Source of the DNA: Candidatus Dormiibacterota bacterium
Lineage (GTDB): Bacteria > Chloroflexota > Dormibacteria > Dormibacterales > Dormibacteraceae
Length of the DNA: 25,804 nt
NCBI GenBank assembly: GCA_035260405.1
Contig: DATFVI010000111.1
Location: 1-25,804 of the forward strand
Reading direction: 5' to 3'
How positions within the stretch are numbered: position 1 is the stretch's first letter; each line of letters opens with the position of its first letter. Made by a program: the position numbers and the translations under genes. Shown here in pieces: positions 24,282-25,804 of this stretch. The notes beneath the pieces are model-generated. The model was not told where the DNA came from. It saw only the letters and a list, made by a program, of their open reading frames with translations, and did no database searches.

Positions 24282-25012
24282 AACGCCCTGACGATCATCG
24301 CTAGGCGTTCAGGGTCAAGGACACGGATCAACCCGGGCGCGGTTTCGACAATCCCTTCGGCGCGCAGGTCTCTCAGGGCTCGGCTCATCACCTCGCGTGA
24401 TGACCCGATCGAATCGGCAAGATCAGCCTGCGTGGCTATGACCTCGAGCCGCCCAACCACGAGCTGCGACTGTGCGGCCCGGTCCAGCAGGTCATAAGCC
24501 ACTCGCTCCCGGATGTTGCCCAGCGAGCGTACGGCGATCAGCCTGTATGCGTCTCGGATTCGCGAGGCCAGGTGCTTCGAGATCGCCAAAGCCACCTCGA
24601 CCTCGGTCGACGCCAGCATGCGGAGCTCCCGGGTGTCGAGAGTCAGCAACGTGGATTCTGTGATGAGCTGCATAAAAATCCACGGCACCCAGCCCACCGC
24701 AGCAGTTGAACCTACGAGCTCGTTGGGCCGGACGATTGCGATGGTGGTCTGCCTCCCATCGGGTAGGCTCCAGAACGCTCTGGCCAATCCGCTTTCGATG
24801 ACGTAGCTCATTGCTGGCCCGCTTGGCCGGGCCGCGATCGTACCCGCCGGATGCACGACTCGCTTTGAGCCCTGCAGGACTCGCCGGCGATTGGCGGCGC
24901 TCAGCAGGGACAGGAAGTCGACACTGTTTGAAGGGGGGATCCCCGACGGTTGCGAGGCGCCGGCACTAGGACTTGCTGCGTTCACCACTTGAACCTTGAG
25001 GACATCAGCCAT
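24272..25012 (-). CDS. Crp/Fnr-family transcriptional regulator (cNMP-binding domain plus C-terminal HTH; no FNR cysteines).
   Basis: cNMP-binding-like beta-roll region, then HTH ...IATQADLADSIGSSREVMSRALRDLRAEGIV.... ATG at 25012 is preceded by AGGAG; the 36 codons upstream in the ORF overlap the preceding gene and are rejected. Confidence 0.8.
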   Translation of the reverse strand: MADVLKVQVVNAASPSAGASQPSGIPPSNSVDFLSLLSAANRRRVLQGSKRVVHPAGTIAARPSGPAMSYVIESGLARAFWSLPDGRQTTIAIVRPNELVGSTAAVGWVPWIFMQLITESTLLTLDTRELRMLASTEVEVALAISKHLASRIRDAYRLIAVRSLGNIRERVAYDLLDRAAQSQLVVGRLEVIATQADLADSIGSSREVMSRALRDLRAEGIVETAPGLIRVLDPERLAMIVRAFVI

Positions 25013-25017
25013 TACTC

Positions 25018-25761
25018 CTAGTTCAGGAACCCACCCATGTGCTGCTCGAACATGTCGGGGTGGGACTTGAGGGCCCGCAGCATGATTTCCCCATCGAACT
25101 CGCGAGCGTCGTACTGGCAAAGCGTCACCACCGGGAAGCGCTTCGCCATCAGCTCGTAGGCCTCCTCGTAGGCCATCATCGCGGCCTCCGACCCGAACAC
25201 CGAACGCTCGCAGACCATCTCGCCCACGACCCGAAGCACGGTTGGACCGCCGGCGAGAGCCTTCCCGAAAAGGCGCTCCCAGTTGGAGATGGCTTCCGCG
25301 ACAGTGGACCCCGGCCCAGGAATGATGGTCAGCCGGCCACCGTTGACGGCCGCACCAACATCGATGCCCTCGCCGGTCAAAGCGTCCACGTAGCGGTCGA
25401 GCGGTACGCCGGAGACCACGAGGTAGCAGGGCTGCGCGGCCCGCAGCCCGTCGGCCAGGAATGGAATCGAGAGGCGGAGCTGGCCGAGATCAGAGCTGTA
25501 GATCGGGGCGAGGTGAGTCCTGAGCGGAACCGCCGCGCCACCCACGTTCACAGTGGTGACCTCGGGGGCGGTCCCACGCGCACCGCCCGGGGTCTTCTCG
25601 AGGAAGCGGCGCAGGTCGTCCTCGGCAAAGCGCCGCTCCCGGCGACGGCCCACTCGCTGTGCGACCAGCAATCCCGCGTCGCTCCAGCGGCGAATCGAGG
25701 CTTCGCTGACCCGAAGGAATCGAGCAGCCTCTCTGGTGTTGAGCAGACTATTACTTGCCAT
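25018..25761 (-). CDS. MerR/excisionase-type HTH fused to a MEDS (DcmR-like sensory) domain: a putative one-component sensor-regulator. The ORF continues to a GTG at 25797; the window ends at 25804.
   Basis: N-terminal LLNTREAARFLRVSEASIRRWSDAGLL is a MerR-superfamily HTH. It is followed by a MEDS-like block HLAPIYSSDLGQL...PFLADGLRAAQPCYLVV. ATG at 25761 preceded by GAGAG. Confidence 0.7.
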   Translation of the reverse strand: MASNSLLNTREAARFLRVSEASIRRWSDAGLLVAQRVGRRRERRFAEDDLRRFLEKTPGGARGTAPEVTTVNVGGAAVPLRTHLAPIYSSDLGQLRLSIPFLADGLRAAQPCYLVVSGVPLDRYVDALTGEGIDVGAAVNGGRLTIIPGPGSTVAEAISNWERLFGKALAGGPTVLRVVGEMVCERSVFGSEAAMMAYEEAYELMAKRFPVVTLCQYDAREFDGEIMLRALKSHPDMFEQHMGGFLN

Positions 25762-25804
25762 CACTTTGCTCTCAACGAGTAGAGTACTGCATAGCACTGG
25801 CGAG

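Noticed and set aside
1-25804. Mobile elements, CRISPR arrays, rRNA genes
   Set aside because: No transposase or integrase-like ORFs, no terminal inverted repeats flanking a gene set, no regularly spaced short direct repeats with spacers, and no rRNA-like conserved blocks were seen.

Overview
High-GC bacterial chromosomal segment, probably actinobacterial in style: about 27 protein-coding genes, many GTG/TTG starts, GGAGG-type ribosome-binding sites, and terminators that are GC hairpins without long T tracts. I found no rRNA, tRNA, CRISPR array, transposase or integrase. The left half (1-12.9 kb) is a mixed stress and membrane neighbourhood. It contains: divergent msrA and an MFS transporter; a membrane-anchored hypothetical; OsmC/Ohr peroxiredoxin; two tandem paralogous membrane proteins of unknown function; a long flotillin/SPFH protein; a DedA protein; an unusual polytopic membrane protein with a C-terminal sigma-70 region-4/LuxR-type helix-turn-helix (HTH); a small 3-TM protein plus an S9 prolyl oligopeptidase; a STAS-like protein; and two small hypotheticals. 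The middle (13-15.9 kb) holds a signal-anchored six-bladed 'TWxWDGxxW' repeat propeller protein and an Amt ammonium transporter with a strong RBS and a clean bidirectional terminator. The right half (15.9-22.8 kb, minus strand) is one tightly coupled assimilatory sulfate-reduction operon: sulfite reductase hemoprotein - APS reductase (CysH) - ABC ATPase - ABC permease - APS kinase/ATP sulfurylase fusion - siroheme synthase (CysG). Every gene junction in it is a start/stop overlap. Upstream is a ~650-bp structured leader and a three-gene regulator module (MerR-HTH/MEDS sensor, Crp/Fnr regulator, orphan NarL/LuxR response regulator) with a near-consensus CRP box. The objects most worth follow-up are the tandem paralog pair, the membrane-embedded HTH protein with its TGAGAC repeat array, the WDG-repeat propeller, the unusually wired sulfur operon, and the regulator triad.
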